Shown: piece after piece, positions 39,764-50,000 of the stretch | Position numbering within the stretch: position 1 is the stretch's first letter | Layout of the letters: every line of letters starts with the position of its first letter | Source: a virus | Reading direction: 5' to 3' (one strand) | Virus record (IMG/VR): IMGVR_UViG_3300030060_007423 | Span: 1-64,000 of that record | Length of the DNA: 64,000 nt | The notes under the pieces: model-generated | Seen by the model: the letters and a program-made list of their open reading frames with translations, nothing else | Databases searched by the model: none | What the model was told of the DNA's origin: nothing | Position numbers and translations under genes: made by a program

Positions 39764-42703
39764 ATGTCATGGAGAGGAATATTTTTAGACCCAATAGATC
39801 CTAATATACAGGAAAGATTAAACGCTAGGCAATATCAACTATCAAAGGGTTCACATGCATCATTTGGAGAATCAAAGGATGGAGATTCATTACAAGTTAG
39901 TGGTGATACTTTTTTCAATAAACCAGGAGGAGCTTTACATGCAGGTTTAACAGAACCAATTGGTAAAACTGCATGGGTAAAAATGTTATCAAATGCAGTC
40001 ATATCAGATGATGTGTTATACAATGGCCAAAAGCATGCAGCTGATAGTGATTTTGTCAAAAATATGAGACTTAACTTTCAACTATATGGTGGACAGATTG
40101 ATGCAACTGCAAAGGGTAATACTCCACAGCAATTCAAAATGACTTCACCAAGTAAATTATGGTATAGGCCTGGACCACAATTTAGAAACACACCAGCACC
40201 TGGTATAACTAGAGTATCAATTGACCAGTCAGGTATGATGGGTTCTATACGAAAGGCAAAAATTGATTTTACAGTATTTACTGAAAATGATTTGCATCTC
40301 TATCAAATGTTATATATGACACCTGGAATTAGTGTTGTATTAGAATGGGGATGGTCACACTATAAGGGAACATTTTTACCTGAATGTGAAAGTCAAGATG
40401 AATATGTTACTGCAATTCGTGATAGAAGTTTAGGTAGTGGTGAAAGTACAGACCCAGAGCAAGCAGGTTTATATGATGGAATGCTTGGTGTAATTAGTAA
40501 TTTTCAATACACAGTTAGACAAGATTCTGGTTATGATTGCCAAGTGGATTTAATGAGTCCTAATTCATTTGTTGTAGATGCACCACTAAAAAAGAATAAT
40601 TTAGGTTTTACAATTACGCCAAAAAATGGAGATGAAGGAAGTGCTGAACCATTATCTGATATTAAAGCTATACGTGCATACTTAGAAGGTGAAAGTCTAA
40701 CTGATGATGGTGAAATTGGAAATCCTGCTATACAGGGTAATGCATTAAAGAAAGGATTAAGTGATAGTTCAACTAGAGCATGGATGAAAAAAAATCTAAA
40801 TTTAGGTGAAAGGGAAACTTGGTTAAAGTATAACATTAAAGGAAAATCAAAAGATGTCATTAATTGTAAAGTTTGTTTTGCAGCAGAGGACGAACCAGGT
40901 GTATATTCAATACCCCAAATTAAGTTAAGAAAAGACCAACCTAATAAGTTTGGTGGTAAAATTGGAGAATACTTTGCATGTTATAATACAAAGTCAACAA
41001 AAGACCCACATATTTATTCATTTCAAACAATGATTGGTAAAGAACTTGACATGAAAGCTACATATGTAAGCTGGAGATTTATTGAAGATGTTTTATGTAG
41101 AGTGTTAGCATGGGAAATGAATGATTTACAAGATGGTGGTAATGCTGACAACTTTTTTGTACTTAGTGCAACACAAAGATATAAACGTGCAGCCTCTGGA
41201 AAGAGTAAAGATACTGGTGAAACTATGACTGTTGATGCAAAGTATGGTCAATGGATACCAAATATGTTTACTTGGAGAGTAGGTAAAGACATTAAAGAAA
41301 CTACAACATATGATGATGAAACTGGTGAACCTATTACACCAGAAGATAAAGCTGACCCATTAGAACCAATGAGTTCTGACCCAACATTATGTATCTGGCC
41401 AGGACAGTATGAAAATTGGGCTGCATACAAACCATTTCTTGAAAAATACCACACTGCTAAAATGGAAGCTTCAGAAGAGGCTAAAGATAAGCAGCCAACA
41501 TTTGATGATGCATACCGAAAGAGATTATTATTTGTACCTGGACAGTTAAAGAATACAAGTAATGCACTTTGGCAATCAAGTAAAAAAATAAATGTATCTA
41601 TTCACAAAGCAGGAAATGCTAAAATTAAAGGGTTAGGTAAGATTTATGGTAAAAAGGCAACAATGGTTCCATTAAGAAATATTTATGTAAATTTTGATTT
41701 AGTAGAAGATGTATTAAGAACACTTACAAGTGAACCAAATAGAAACAACATTAAAGATTTTCTATTGACACTCTGTGAAAATGTAAATAGTTGTTTTGGC
41801 AATCAGTGGGACCCAGTTATTGTTGACAATCCAAACACTCCAGGTATTGAAATTCGAGATATGAATGTTCAAAACTCTCTTGCACTATCAAGTTGGATGT
41901 CAAACTCAGATAATAAGTGGGAAACAGTTTCTGCCGATGCAAATAAACCTGCAGCCTTTGATGAAAATGCTGAGGAACAGATGTTGGCTAATGAATATGG
42001 TAGAAAAAATATTGATACTTCTGGTACGCATTTACAATTTGCATATGATTTTGGTGCACTAACAAAATATTCACTTGTTAGAAATGTTACTATGACATCA
42101 AAAATACCAAGTGGTTTACAAGCAATGATGTTTATTGGTGCAACATCAGCACTTAAAGATGATGACGATGCTGGTGGTCAAAGTTCAGGTGCAGAGTTTG
42201 CTGTTCAGTCTGCAAGAATACAAGATAGACTATATGCATCTGAAACTGCAAGGAGAGATGATAAAGATGAACCAACAATGACTGCTGATGAAACATGGAT
42301 GATTTCAATGTGGAATGCTTATGGTGAATATACAACTAATGCATTTGAAATGGCAAAAGATGGTTTAGATAATGTTGTTGAAAAAACAGAAAAAAAATTA
42401 ATTACTGGTGGTTATGTACAAGCAGCACGGATGATAGAGATAAGTGCAACAGGTGATGATTCAGCAGGTGCAACTGAAGAAGATGACTATTCTCCACTAC
42501 TTCCATTTAATGTTGGATTTACTACAGACGGTATTGCTGGAATATACATGGGTAATGCATTTGCACTTCCAGATGTTTTACCTAGAAGACATGCAAGGGC
42601 TGCATTGTTTATGGTTACAAAGGTTGGCCATACAATACAAGGTGGTGATTGGGAAACAACAATTGATGGCATGATGCGATTGTCAAAACAGGCTGGAAAA
42701 TAA
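39764..42703 (+). CDS. Putative baseplate hub protein
   Basis: 979 aa; PGI.V.LEWGW and C-terminal V.HTI....WETTI; synteny. Confidence 0.55.
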   Translation: MSWRGIFLDPIDPNIQERLNARQYQLSKGSHASFGESKDGDSLQVSGDTFFNKPGGALHAGLTEPIGKTAWVKMLSNAVISDDVLYNGQKHAADSDFVKNMRLNFQLYGGQIDATAKGNTPQQFKMTSPSKLWYRPGPQFRNTPAPGITRVSIDQSGMMGSIRKAKIDFTVFTENDLHLYQMLYMTPGISVVLEWGWSHYKGTFLPECESQDEYVTAIRDRSLGSGESTDPEQAGLYDGMLGVISNFQYTVRQDSGYDCQVDLMSPNSFVVDAPLKKNNLGFTITPKNGDEGSAEPLSDIKAIRAYLEGESLTDDGEIGNPAIQGNALKKGLSDSSTRAWMKKNLNLGERETWLKYNIKGKSKDVINCKVCFAAEDEPGVYSIPQIKLRKDQPNKFGGKIGEYFACYNTKSTKDPHIYSFQTMIGKELDMKATYVSWRFIEDVLCRVLAWEMNDLQDGGNADNFFVLSATQRYKRAASGKSKDTGETMTVDAKYGQWIPNMFTWRVGKDIKETTTYDDETGEPITPEDKADPLEPMSSDPTLCIWPGQYENWAAYKPFLEKYHTAKMEASEEAKDKQPTFDDAYRKRLLFVPGQLKNTSNALWQSSKKINVSIHKAGNAKIKGLGKIYGKKATMVPLRNIYVNFDLVEDVLRTLTSEPNRNNIKDFLLTLCENVNSCFGNQWDPVIVDNPNTPGIEIRDMNVQNSLALSSWMSNSDNKWETVSADANKPAAFDENAEEQMLANEYGRKNIDTSGTHLQFAYDFGALTKYSLVRNVTMTSKIPSGLQAMMFIGATSALKDDDDAGGQSSGAEFAVQSARIQDRLYASETARRDDKDEPTMTADETWMISMWNAYGEYTTNAFEMAKDGLDNVVEKTEKKLITGGYVQAARMIEISATGDDSAGATEEDDYSPLLPFNVGFTTDGIAGIYMGNAFALPDVLPRRHARAALFMVTKVGHTIQGGDWETTIDGMMRLSKQAGK

Positions 42704-42705
42704 TT

Positions 42706-43269
42706 ATGAGTGATGGTATACAAAAAGCATTATATACTGCAGGTGGTGAATATATACTAAATGGTAAGGACTATATTGGTTATTATCATGTACACCCTGA
42801 TTTAGGTGCAATGGTTGGAAAGATTCATACTCCAAAAATACCACATGAAAGATTAATTGGAATTGATGAAAACCCAATTTTATCAGGATATAGGTCTGCA
42901 TATGTTGATGGTGAAGCTCTTGAAACGGCACAAACAACAAAGCTACCATTTACATATATTCCTAGACCTTCTACAGAAGATTATAAAAATGGTTATATAA
43001 CTCGATATTTTATTTCAAAGAGAAATGATTGGAATCAAATATTTGAAACATCAGAAAAAGAATTTCCAAAAAAATTAGCAGGTCTTTCAGATGGCCTTTG
43101 GGAAGATCTTGAATTAGATTGGCATATAACAGATAATTTAGAACAAGAGAGTTCAATACAATATAATATAAGTACTGAATTTAAGAATGATCAAATTGTT
43201 AAAGAAGCTAGTAAAATAATACCAACAGTTCAAAATTACTTAAAAGATTTAACACAGTTCAGTACTTAA
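42706..43269 (+). CDS. Hypothetical baseplate-region protein
   Basis: 187 aa; YIGYYH, DYKNGYITRYF. Confidence 0.65.
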   Translation: MSDGIQKALYTAGGEYILNGKDYIGYYHVHPDLGAMVGKIHTPKIPHERLIGIDENPILSGYRSAYVDGEALETAQTTKLPFTYIPRPSTEDYKNGYITRYFISKRNDWNQIFETSEKEFPKKLAGLSDGLWEDLELDWHITDNLEQESSIQYNISTEFKNDQIVKEASKIIPTVQNYLKDLTQFST

Positions 43270-43270
43270 T

Positions 43271-43303
43271 AATTTTTTATTGTCAATTATTTTAGTTATA
43301 TTA
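43271..43303 (+). promoter_or_regulatory. Early-type promoter motif, copy 2
   Basis: AATTTTTTATTGT-CAATTATTTTA-GTTATATTA. Confidence 0.65.
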
Positions 43304-43317
43304 AAACAAAATTAGTT

Positions 43318-44658
43318 ATGATTATAGAAACTCAACAGAATTTCTCACACATTTGTGAAAAGATACAGAATAATGATAGTATTGTTATTCCTGTACTATC
43401 TGACATAACAAAGCATTCATTAAACAATAGGGTTCACTTAGTTTATATACATACGCTAATTGATAGTAAAGATTATATAATACCTTTTACTGGTGAAGAT
43501 TCCCTTTTGAATTTTGATATAGATTTATTTGATTTATCTGGTGATGCAAAAACCTATGTTTTTGATAGTAAAATCATCTATAATCTATTTCAGTGCAAAA
43601 ACATAAAGGATGTTAACTTGATTAATTATTTTGTTAATAACTCTTCATTAGATGTGTCCAAATGCGTTACTAGTGCGCATATTTACTATCAAAGTAAGTA
43701 CTGGAAGTATAGAAATATTAATGAGTATATTCCTATATTAAAGCATTATGAAATGTGTAAAAACATAAAGGACTTAATGTTACCATTTATTAAAAATGAT
43801 GATAGTTTACAATATACTGAGTATACAAATTTAATACAAAATTTTTCAGCAATAGAAAAAAATGGATTACATATAGATTCAACTAGTTTTGAAAAAACAT
43901 TTAAGGGTGGCGATTCATATAATGTTTGTAATGATAAAATATTTACCGAGTACAATATTTACACAACAACTGGTAGACCAAGTAATAGGCATGGTGGAAT
44001 AAACTTTGCTGCACTAAATAAAGATGATAATACAAGAAGTATTTTTACAAGTAGATATGAAAATGGAAAATTAATAGAGTTTGATTTTGATGCATATCAT
44101 CTAAGACTTATAGCAGATATAATTGGATATGAATTTCCAGATAGTTCTGTACACAAATATTTAGCTAGGCAATACTTTAAGAAAGACAATGTATCAGATG
44201 ATGAATATAAAAAGTCAAAAGAAATGTCATTTAGGGTATTATATGGTGGTGTACCTGATAACTTAAGTGGAATTGAATATTTTAATATGATAAGAAAATT
44301 CATAAACATTCTATGGGATGATTATAAAAGAAATGGTTATATTGAAACTCCAATATTCAATAGAAGATTATATTCAAATAACTATGAAGACATAAACAAG
44401 AATAAGTTGTTTAATTATTATGTACAAGCAGCTGAAACTGAAAATAATTCTAAGGTAATTACTAAACTGTTAGATTTGCAAAAATCAAATAATGTTAATT
44501 TAATTTTATCAACATATGATTCTTTTTTATTTGATTGTGAAAATATAGATGAAAAATTAATTAATGATATGAAACATTGTTTTAACCACCCAGTTAGTAT
44601 AAATTATGGTAAAACATACCAAGATATGAAAAACTTCACATCTGAGGTTATAAGTTGA
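43318..44658 (+). CDS. Short atypical family A DNA polymerase-like protein
   Basis: TTTGRPS, motif A DFDAYHLR, motif B KKSKEMSF..LYG, motif C TYDSF; only 446 aa. Confidence 0.8.
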   Translation: MIIETQQNFSHICEKIQNNDSIVIPVLSDITKHSLNNRVHLVYIHTLIDSKDYIIPFTGEDSLLNFDIDLFDLSGDAKTYVFDSKIIYNLFQCKNIKDVNLINYFVNNSSLDVSKCVTSAHIYYQSKYWKYRNINEYIPILKHYEMCKNIKDLMLPFIKNDDSLQYTEYTNLIQNFSAIEKNGLHIDSTSFEKTFKGGDSYNVCNDKIFTEYNIYTTTGRPSNRHGGINFAALNKDDNTRSIFTSRYENGKLIEFDFDAYHLRLIADIIGYEFPDSSVHKYLARQYFKKDNVSDDEYKKSKEMSFRVLYGGVPDNLSGIEYFNMIRKFINILWDDYKRNGYIETPIFNRRLYSNNYEDINKNKLFNYYVQAAETENNSKVITKLLDLQKSNNVNLILSTYDSFLFDCENIDEKLINDMKHCFNHPVSINYGKTYQDMKNFTSEVIS

Positions 44659-44683
44659 TATTTATATTGTAAAGGAATAGCTT

Positions 44684-46738
44684 ATGAACATAGATAGTAT
44701 AGTTAGAGACTGGGCTTATAAGGTAAATGACGGTTGCCCAGACCCAAAGAACAGAAATCATTTTCAAATATTGGAAGATGTATTAAAGTCTCAAGGATAT
44801 TCACCTGACTTTATTTCTAGCTATCTGTCAAATGTTGTAGACCCAAACAAACCAATTAAAGAATTTCAAAAACGCTGTGTAGATATTGGAAAAATTCTTG
44901 CAGAAGAAAGATTATTAACTGAAGCTTCTGTTTGGGACAAACCAGTTGGAACTGAATTAATATCTGTGACAAATACAGATTCACTATTTACAGCTGCAGG
45001 TGAAACTCCACCTAAAGGTCCATTTTTTGTTCAGTCAAAAACTAGTGATGCAAAAGAATTAAATATTGGTGGAGCAGCTGATTACACTGTTTATATTAAA
45101 GCAAGTGATAATGGAATAACATATGCAATTACTGGATCAAAATCTAAGCTTAAGAAAATGTTTGGAAATGTTGGAAAAGGTAAAAGCGGAGGTGATGTAA
45201 CTTGGAATGAAACCACTTTAGAATCTGCTGCATGTGCTGGTCTATATTTTGATGCAATAAAACACCACAATAAATTAACATCAGGTAATGCAACAGATGC
45301 AGACCAACAAGCTGCAATTTCTGCATTTGAAAGTTCATTAAGATCTGAATCTGCTGGTGCATCTGGGCTTAAGGGAAAACTTAACGCATTACCAGATTTA
45401 CTTGTTGCTTTAGAATTGGCTATTGGTGTACAAAAATTTGCAACTGCTCATGGTTGTACAGGTTGGAATTTTATTCACAAAAGTATAGGAAAGTATTACT
45501 CAGCTGGTGAACAAAATGATAATTTAGACAAAAAAGGTTTTAAGGACAATACTGCTGACACAATAATAACAAAATCGCCAGCAGCTACTCTTATTGCCAA
45601 TATTGCAAAAGATAAAGTTTCATTTGATAGTTCAGGTAAATGTACAACAGAATCAGGTGATGAGTTTTATCAGATAAGTAATAAAAAGTCAGATGGAGGT
45701 GCACAGTTAGGTAGAATAGTAAAGAGCTTTAGGGATATGTATGGTACAAAATCACCAAATGATACTTGGAGACTTCAACTGACAAAGGAATTTATAGAAT
45801 ATGGAAATAGTGAATTTTTACTAAATGAAGGTTTAAGTGACTATTTCAAACAAGGGCTAAAATATATTAAGGATAAATTCATTTCAGCATTTTCTAAAAT
45901 AAAGAGTAAAGTATCTTCATTTAGTAAAACAATGGTAAAGAGTTTATCAGTAAAGAAAACAAAACCATCATCAAGCCTAGATAAGTTTATGAGGTCAAGA
46001 TTTAAGACCGCATCAAAACAACTTAAAGAAGCAAAATCACAGCCTAAAAAATATAGTTATTCTGGGTATGCACAATTATGTGGTCAGTTGGCCATGCAAG
46101 GAAACATGACAGAATTAAAGAGCTTACATAGTAAAGCAACTGGTGAATGGTTAATATTAAAAAAATTATTGGATATTCCAAATGACGGAATAGATGGCAC
46201 AAAACAATCTGAAGGTCCAGTACTTACAAAACCAAAAAATGAAAATGATGGTGCAAAATATGCACTTAAACTAATGATAAATTTTATGGCATATGAACAT
46301 TTAACTGCCATGTTAAGAAGTAAAGGCGGAAACGTAAAAGAGGTTTCAACTGTTCTTAAAGAATTTGTTGAATTGGAAAAAGAAATGTATTTTGGTAGAA
46401 CAGAATTACCTTTATTCAAGGTATATGGCGTTCCACCTAGTGGCAAGGCATACCAATATCTAAAAAGTGGAAAAGAATTTAGGGAAGATAGGTTAAAGGC
46501 AATGGATATGCAAGATGCTGTAAAGGATGGAAAGTACATACCAGGTGTAGTTGTTGATTCAAAAGTTCAGAAAGGAAAAGGTCACACTTCTGTTAAAATG
46601 TGGATATTACATTCTATATCTGAAGGTGGCACACAATACACTCAAGTTGATTTACGTTCAGGAAGTGAAGACACATTATCATTCTCAGTATCAGGTGGAA
46701 GTATAAAACCAGGAAGATTGGTATTAGGGAAGATATGA
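44684..46738 (+). CDS. Hypothetical protein, probable head-packaged, possible PD-(D/E)xK-like core
   Basis: Late motif at 44658; LLTE/LLNE/LKE sites; NTADTII ... QISNKK. Confidence 0.55.
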   Translation: MNIDSIVRDWAYKVNDGCPDPKNRNHFQILEDVLKSQGYSPDFISSYLSNVVDPNKPIKEFQKRCVDIGKILAEERLLTEASVWDKPVGTELISVTNTDSLFTAAGETPPKGPFFVQSKTSDAKELNIGGAADYTVYIKASDNGITYAITGSKSKLKKMFGNVGKGKSGGDVTWNETTLESAACAGLYFDAIKHHNKLTSGNATDADQQAAISAFESSLRSESAGASGLKGKLNALPDLLVALELAIGVQKFATAHGCTGWNFIHKSIGKYYSAGEQNDNLDKKGFKDNTADTIITKSPAATLIANIAKDKVSFDSSGKCTTESGDEFYQISNKKSDGGAQLGRIVKSFRDMYGTKSPNDTWRLQLTKEFIEYGNSEFLLNEGLSDYFKQGLKYIKDKFISAFSKIKSKVSSFSKTMVKSLSVKKTKPSSSLDKFMRSRFKTASKQLKEAKSQPKKYSYSGYAQLCGQLAMQGNMTELKSLHSKATGEWLILKKLLDIPNDGIDGTKQSEGPVLTKPKNENDGAKYALKLMINFMAYEHLTAMLRSKGGNVKEVSTVLKEFVELEKEMYFGRTELPLFKVYGVPPSGKAYQYLKSGKEFREDRLKAMDMQDAVKDGKYIPGVVVDSKVQKGKGHTSVKMWILHSISEGGTQYTQVDLRSGSEDTLSFSVSGGSIKPGRLVLGKI

Positions 46739-47139
46739 TGAAAACACAATTATTATGCACATTTTCAGTAAGAAAGGGTTATCATAAAACAATTGATATA
46801 ATTGTTGATACATATGATGTACTATATAATAAAATATTTGTTTTAGAAAACGTTGGTGATGATAGGGAAGTAATGTGTACATATAATGTTGAACAAGGTG
46901 AAGATTCACAAATATTAGAAAATACAATATCATTACATAGAAAAAAACAAACAAATACACTATATACAATTAATGCACTAAATAGATTAATTCAGTCTGT
47001 TAATAATGGAGTGTTAGATACAACATATCAAGTAGAATGGGACAACTATAGAAACTCATTATTAACTACAGCTGATAATGAACTTAAAAGAATAGATACA
47101 AAAGTTCTTGATATTGTGCATATAAAAATTAAAAATTGA
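46735..47139 (+). CDS. Hypothetical phage protein
   Basis: 134 aa; ATGA overlap with upstream gene. Confidence 0.75.
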   Translation: MMKTQLLCTFSVRKGYHKTIDIIVDTYDVLYNKIFVLENVGDDREVMCTYNVEQGEDSQILENTISLHRKKQTNTLYTINALNRLIQSVNNGVLDTTYQVEWDNYRNSLLTTADNELKRIDTKVLDIVHIKIKN

Positions 47140-47149
47140 TATTTATAGT

Positions 47150-47590
47150 AAATAATTTTTTATTGTCAAATAAATTTAGTATATTACAAATTAATAATTA
47201 AAAACTACAAAACTAAAAAGTTTATGGGTAAATTAACCTTAGCGGTCCTGCTATTCTTAATAGGACAATCAATAATCTGGTTTCAGACCAACGGCCAATT
47301 CCTTTGGAAATGGTTCGACAAAAATCCAATAATTTTATCAATAGGACTAGGAAGTATAATTTCTTATGTCTTTATTTTAGCAACAAAATATTCTTTTGAG
47401 TATTTTGATGGATTGTTATGGCCTGGTAGATTTTTAGGTTTTGCTTTGGGAATTAGTTCATATGCTTTATTGACTTGGTGGTTTATGGGTGAAGGTATTA
47501 CAGCTAAAACATTTGTATCACTAATATTGGCAGGATTAATTATAGGAGTGCAAATTTTTTGGAAATAATTTTTTATTGTCAAATAAATTT
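47150..47590 (+). repeat. 28-bp perfect direct repeat (47150-47177 and 47563-47590) carrying early promoter copies 3 and 4
   Basis: AAATAATTTTTTATTGTCAAATAAATTT twice, flanking one gene. Confidence 0.85.
47224..47568 (+). CDS. Small 4-TM membrane protein
   Basis: Four hydrophobic segments in 114 aa (SMR/DMT-like size). Confidence 0.7.
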   Translation: MGKLTLAVLLFLIGQSIIWFQTNGQFLWKWFDKNPIILSIGLGSIISYVFILATKYSFEYFDGLLWPGRFLGFALGISSYALLTWWFMGEGITAKTFVSLILAGLIIGVQIFWK

Positions 47591-47628
47591 GTTATATTAG
47601 TATTAACTAAAAAATAAAGGAGAAAAAC

Positions 47629-47802
47629 ATGGAACTTTTTGAAAAACTTCAAGACCTAGTAAATTCTACTCAAGCAGATATTGATAAATTCAATAGTGGA
47701 AACAAATCTGCAGGAACACGAGTTAGAAAAGCTATGCAAGAAGTTAAAAACATGGCACAAGATGTAAGAATTGAAGTGCAAAACATTAAAAATGATAAAT
47801 AA
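47629..47802 (+). CDS. Histone H1-like (Hc1 family) small protein, absent from the ORF track
   Basis: MELFEKLQDLVNSTQADIDKFNSGNKSAGTRVRKAMQEVKNMAQDVRIEVQNIKNDK; GNKSAGTRVRK signature; AAGGAG SD. Confidence 0.85.
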   Translation: MELFEKLQDLVNSTQADIDKFNSGNKSAGTRVRKAMQEVKNMAQDVRIEVQNIKNDK

Positions 47803-47821
47803 TAATTAAAAGGAGAAAAAG

Positions 47822-48598
47822 ATGGCACTAGATTTAGAAGCAATCAGACAGAAGTTAAACAAACTTCAAACACAGACGGGAAAACAAGACAATTTATGGA
47901 AACCCGAACCAGGAAAAAATCAAATTAGAATTGTACCTTATCAGCATAATAAAGACAATCCGTTTTTAGAAATGTATTTTCATTATGATTTAGGTAAAAA
48001 GAACTACTTATCACCTGTAACATTTGGTGAAGCTGACCCAGCAGTTGAATTTGCTGAAAAGTTAAAAGCTACAGGAAATAAGGACGATTGGCAAATGTCA
48101 AGAAAGTTAGAACCAAAAATGAGAACTTATGTTCCTATTCTTGTAAGAGGAAAGGAATCAGAAGGTGTTAAATATTGGGGATTTGGAAAAACAGTTTACC
48201 AAGAATTATTAAGTTTTATAGCTGACCCAGACTATGGTGATATTACGGACTTAAGTGGAGGTAGAGATGTTGTTGTTGAATACCATACACCTGAAGAAGC
48301 AGGTAATAGCTTTGGTAAAACTACTATTAGAGTTAAGCCAAACCAAACTGCTGCAACAGAAGATAAAAATGTTGCTGAAAAAATTCTAAATGGACAAAAA
48401 GATATTTTTGAAATCTTTAGAAAAGTTTCTTATGGTGACTTAAAGCAAGCTTTAGAAGAATGGTTAAACCCAGATGGTGATACAGGTGGAGCTCCACAAG
48501 TTGATACACCAGCACAATCTACTTCACAAAAGGTAGAGTCACAAGGTGTAAAATCATCTGATGATATTAACAAAGCGTTTGACGATTTATTTAGTTAG
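47822..48598 (+). CDS. Single-stranded DNA-binding protein, gp32-like
   Basis: WKP..G...IRIVP, YGDITD, acidic tail ending FDDLFS; upstream of recA. Confidence 0.8.
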   Translation: MALDLEAIRQKLNKLQTQTGKQDNLWKPEPGKNQIRIVPYQHNKDNPFLEMYFHYDLGKKNYLSPVTFGEADPAVEFAEKLKATGNKDDWQMSRKLEPKMRTYVPILVRGKESEGVKYWGFGKTVYQELLSFIADPDYGDITDLSGGRDVVVEYHTPEEAGNSFGKTTIRVKPNQTAATEDKNVAEKILNGQKDIFEIFRKVSYGDLKQALEEWLNPDGDTGGAPQVDTPAQSTSQKVESQGVKSSDDINKAFDDLFS

Positions 48599-48608
48599 GA
48601 GATAGTAT

Positions 48609-49736
48609 ATGGCAAAGAAAGTAAATACAAAGAGAGATGATTTAGCAAATTTGTTGGCAGATAGTCTTAACAAAAAGTTCAAGGACTATAAAGTTGCTTA
48701 CTTTCTTGACGGTACAGAAGAAACACCAACTGACTTAACAGAGTGGATTAGTACTGGGTCATCTATGCTTGACTTGGCAATTTCTAACAGAAAAAATGGT
48801 GGTATACCAGTTGGTAGAATTACTGAAATAACTGGTCTTGAAGGTAGTGGAAAGAGTCTTATGGCTGCTCACCTACTTGCAAATACACAAAAACAAGGTG
48901 GACTTGCAGTTTACATTGATACAGAAAATGCAATGAATGAAGAATTTGCTACGGCAATTGGAATTGATGTTGCAAATATGTTATATATTCAATTGGAAAC
49001 TGTTGAGGAAATTTTTGAGGTTATGGAAAACATCATCACTAAAGTTAGAGAAAGCGATAAAGATAGGCTTGTTACAATAGTTGTAGATTCATTGGCTGGC
49101 TCAACAACCAAAGTTGAGAGTGAGGCTGATTATAGCAAAGATGGCTGGGCAACCAGTAAGGCAATTATTTTATCAAAGGCTATGCGTAAGATTACTCAAA
49201 TGATAGGAAGGCAGAGAATTTGTCTCGTATTTACAAACCAACTTAGACAAAAGATGGGGGTTATGTTTGGTGATCCTTGGACTACATCTGGAGGTAAGGC
49301 AGTAGCTTTCCATTCCAGTTGTAGACTAAGGCTAAAACCTATGGGACAAATAAAAGCCAGAGTTGATGGTCAAGAACAAGTTATGGGTATTAAAACCGTT
49401 GCACAAGTTGTAAAAAATAGAATGGGCCCACCATTAAGAAAGTCACAATTTGAAATTTATTTTGAAAGTGGTATTGATGATTTTGGTGGATGGTTACATG
49501 TTCTAAAAGATTACAAACTTGTTAAGCAAGGTGGTAGTTGGTACACATATACTGACCAAAATGGTAAGGACCATAAATTTATGTCAAAGGATTGGAATTC
49601 ATTATTGGAAAACAATGAAGAACTAAGAACAGAAATTTATGATAAAATTGCAGATACAATTATTATGAATTACAAAGTTGATAATTTTGGAATTGATGAT
49701 GTTGAAATCAGCAGTGAACCAGTACCAGAAGGATAA
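48609..49736 (+). CDS. recA: RecA/UvsX recombinase
   Basis: ISTGS..LD, GLEGSGKS, IDTENA, VVDSLA, NQLR, SGGKAV.F, VKNR. Confidence 0.96.
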   Translation: MAKKVNTKRDDLANLLADSLNKKFKDYKVAYFLDGTEETPTDLTEWISTGSSMLDLAISNRKNGGIPVGRITEITGLEGSGKSLMAAHLLANTQKQGGLAVYIDTENAMNEEFATAIGIDVANMLYIQLETVEEIFEVMENIITKVRESDKDRLVTIVVDSLAGSTTKVESEADYSKDGWATSKAIILSKAMRKITQMIGRQRICLVFTNQLRQKMGVMFGDPWTTSGGKAVAFHSSCRLRLKPMGQIKARVDGQEQVMGIKTVAQVVKNRMGPPLRKSQFEIYFESGIDDFGGWLHVLKDYKLVKQGGSWYTYTDQNGKDHKFMSKDWNSLLENNEELRTEIYDKIADTIIMNYKVDNFGIDDVEISSEPVPEG

Positions 49737-49742
49737 TAGGTT

Positions 49743-49998
49743 ATGAATAAGTAATTGGTGGCTAACCCCACCTTTTACTTCGTCTTACACAACAACAGCC
49801 TTCTCGTGGCGTAGGATGTTAAGGTCAAAAATCCGCACTTATCGAATGATTATTTGACCGACCAATGTTGTTAACGAGTGATTTGTCTTTGGCCAAGTGA
49901 CCCCAAAGCAAATTTATGATTAAGGTATATGTGGCTGATACCAATTGTTCTCTAATCGTCACTGTTGGAGATACTATAAACATATACTATGTCAGCTT
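49743..49998 (+). ncRNA. Putative structured non-coding RNA of unknown class
   Basis: Largest ORF-free gap, richer in GC than its flanks, several nested stems, followed by a terminator. Confidence 0.6.
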
Positions 49999-50000
49999 GG

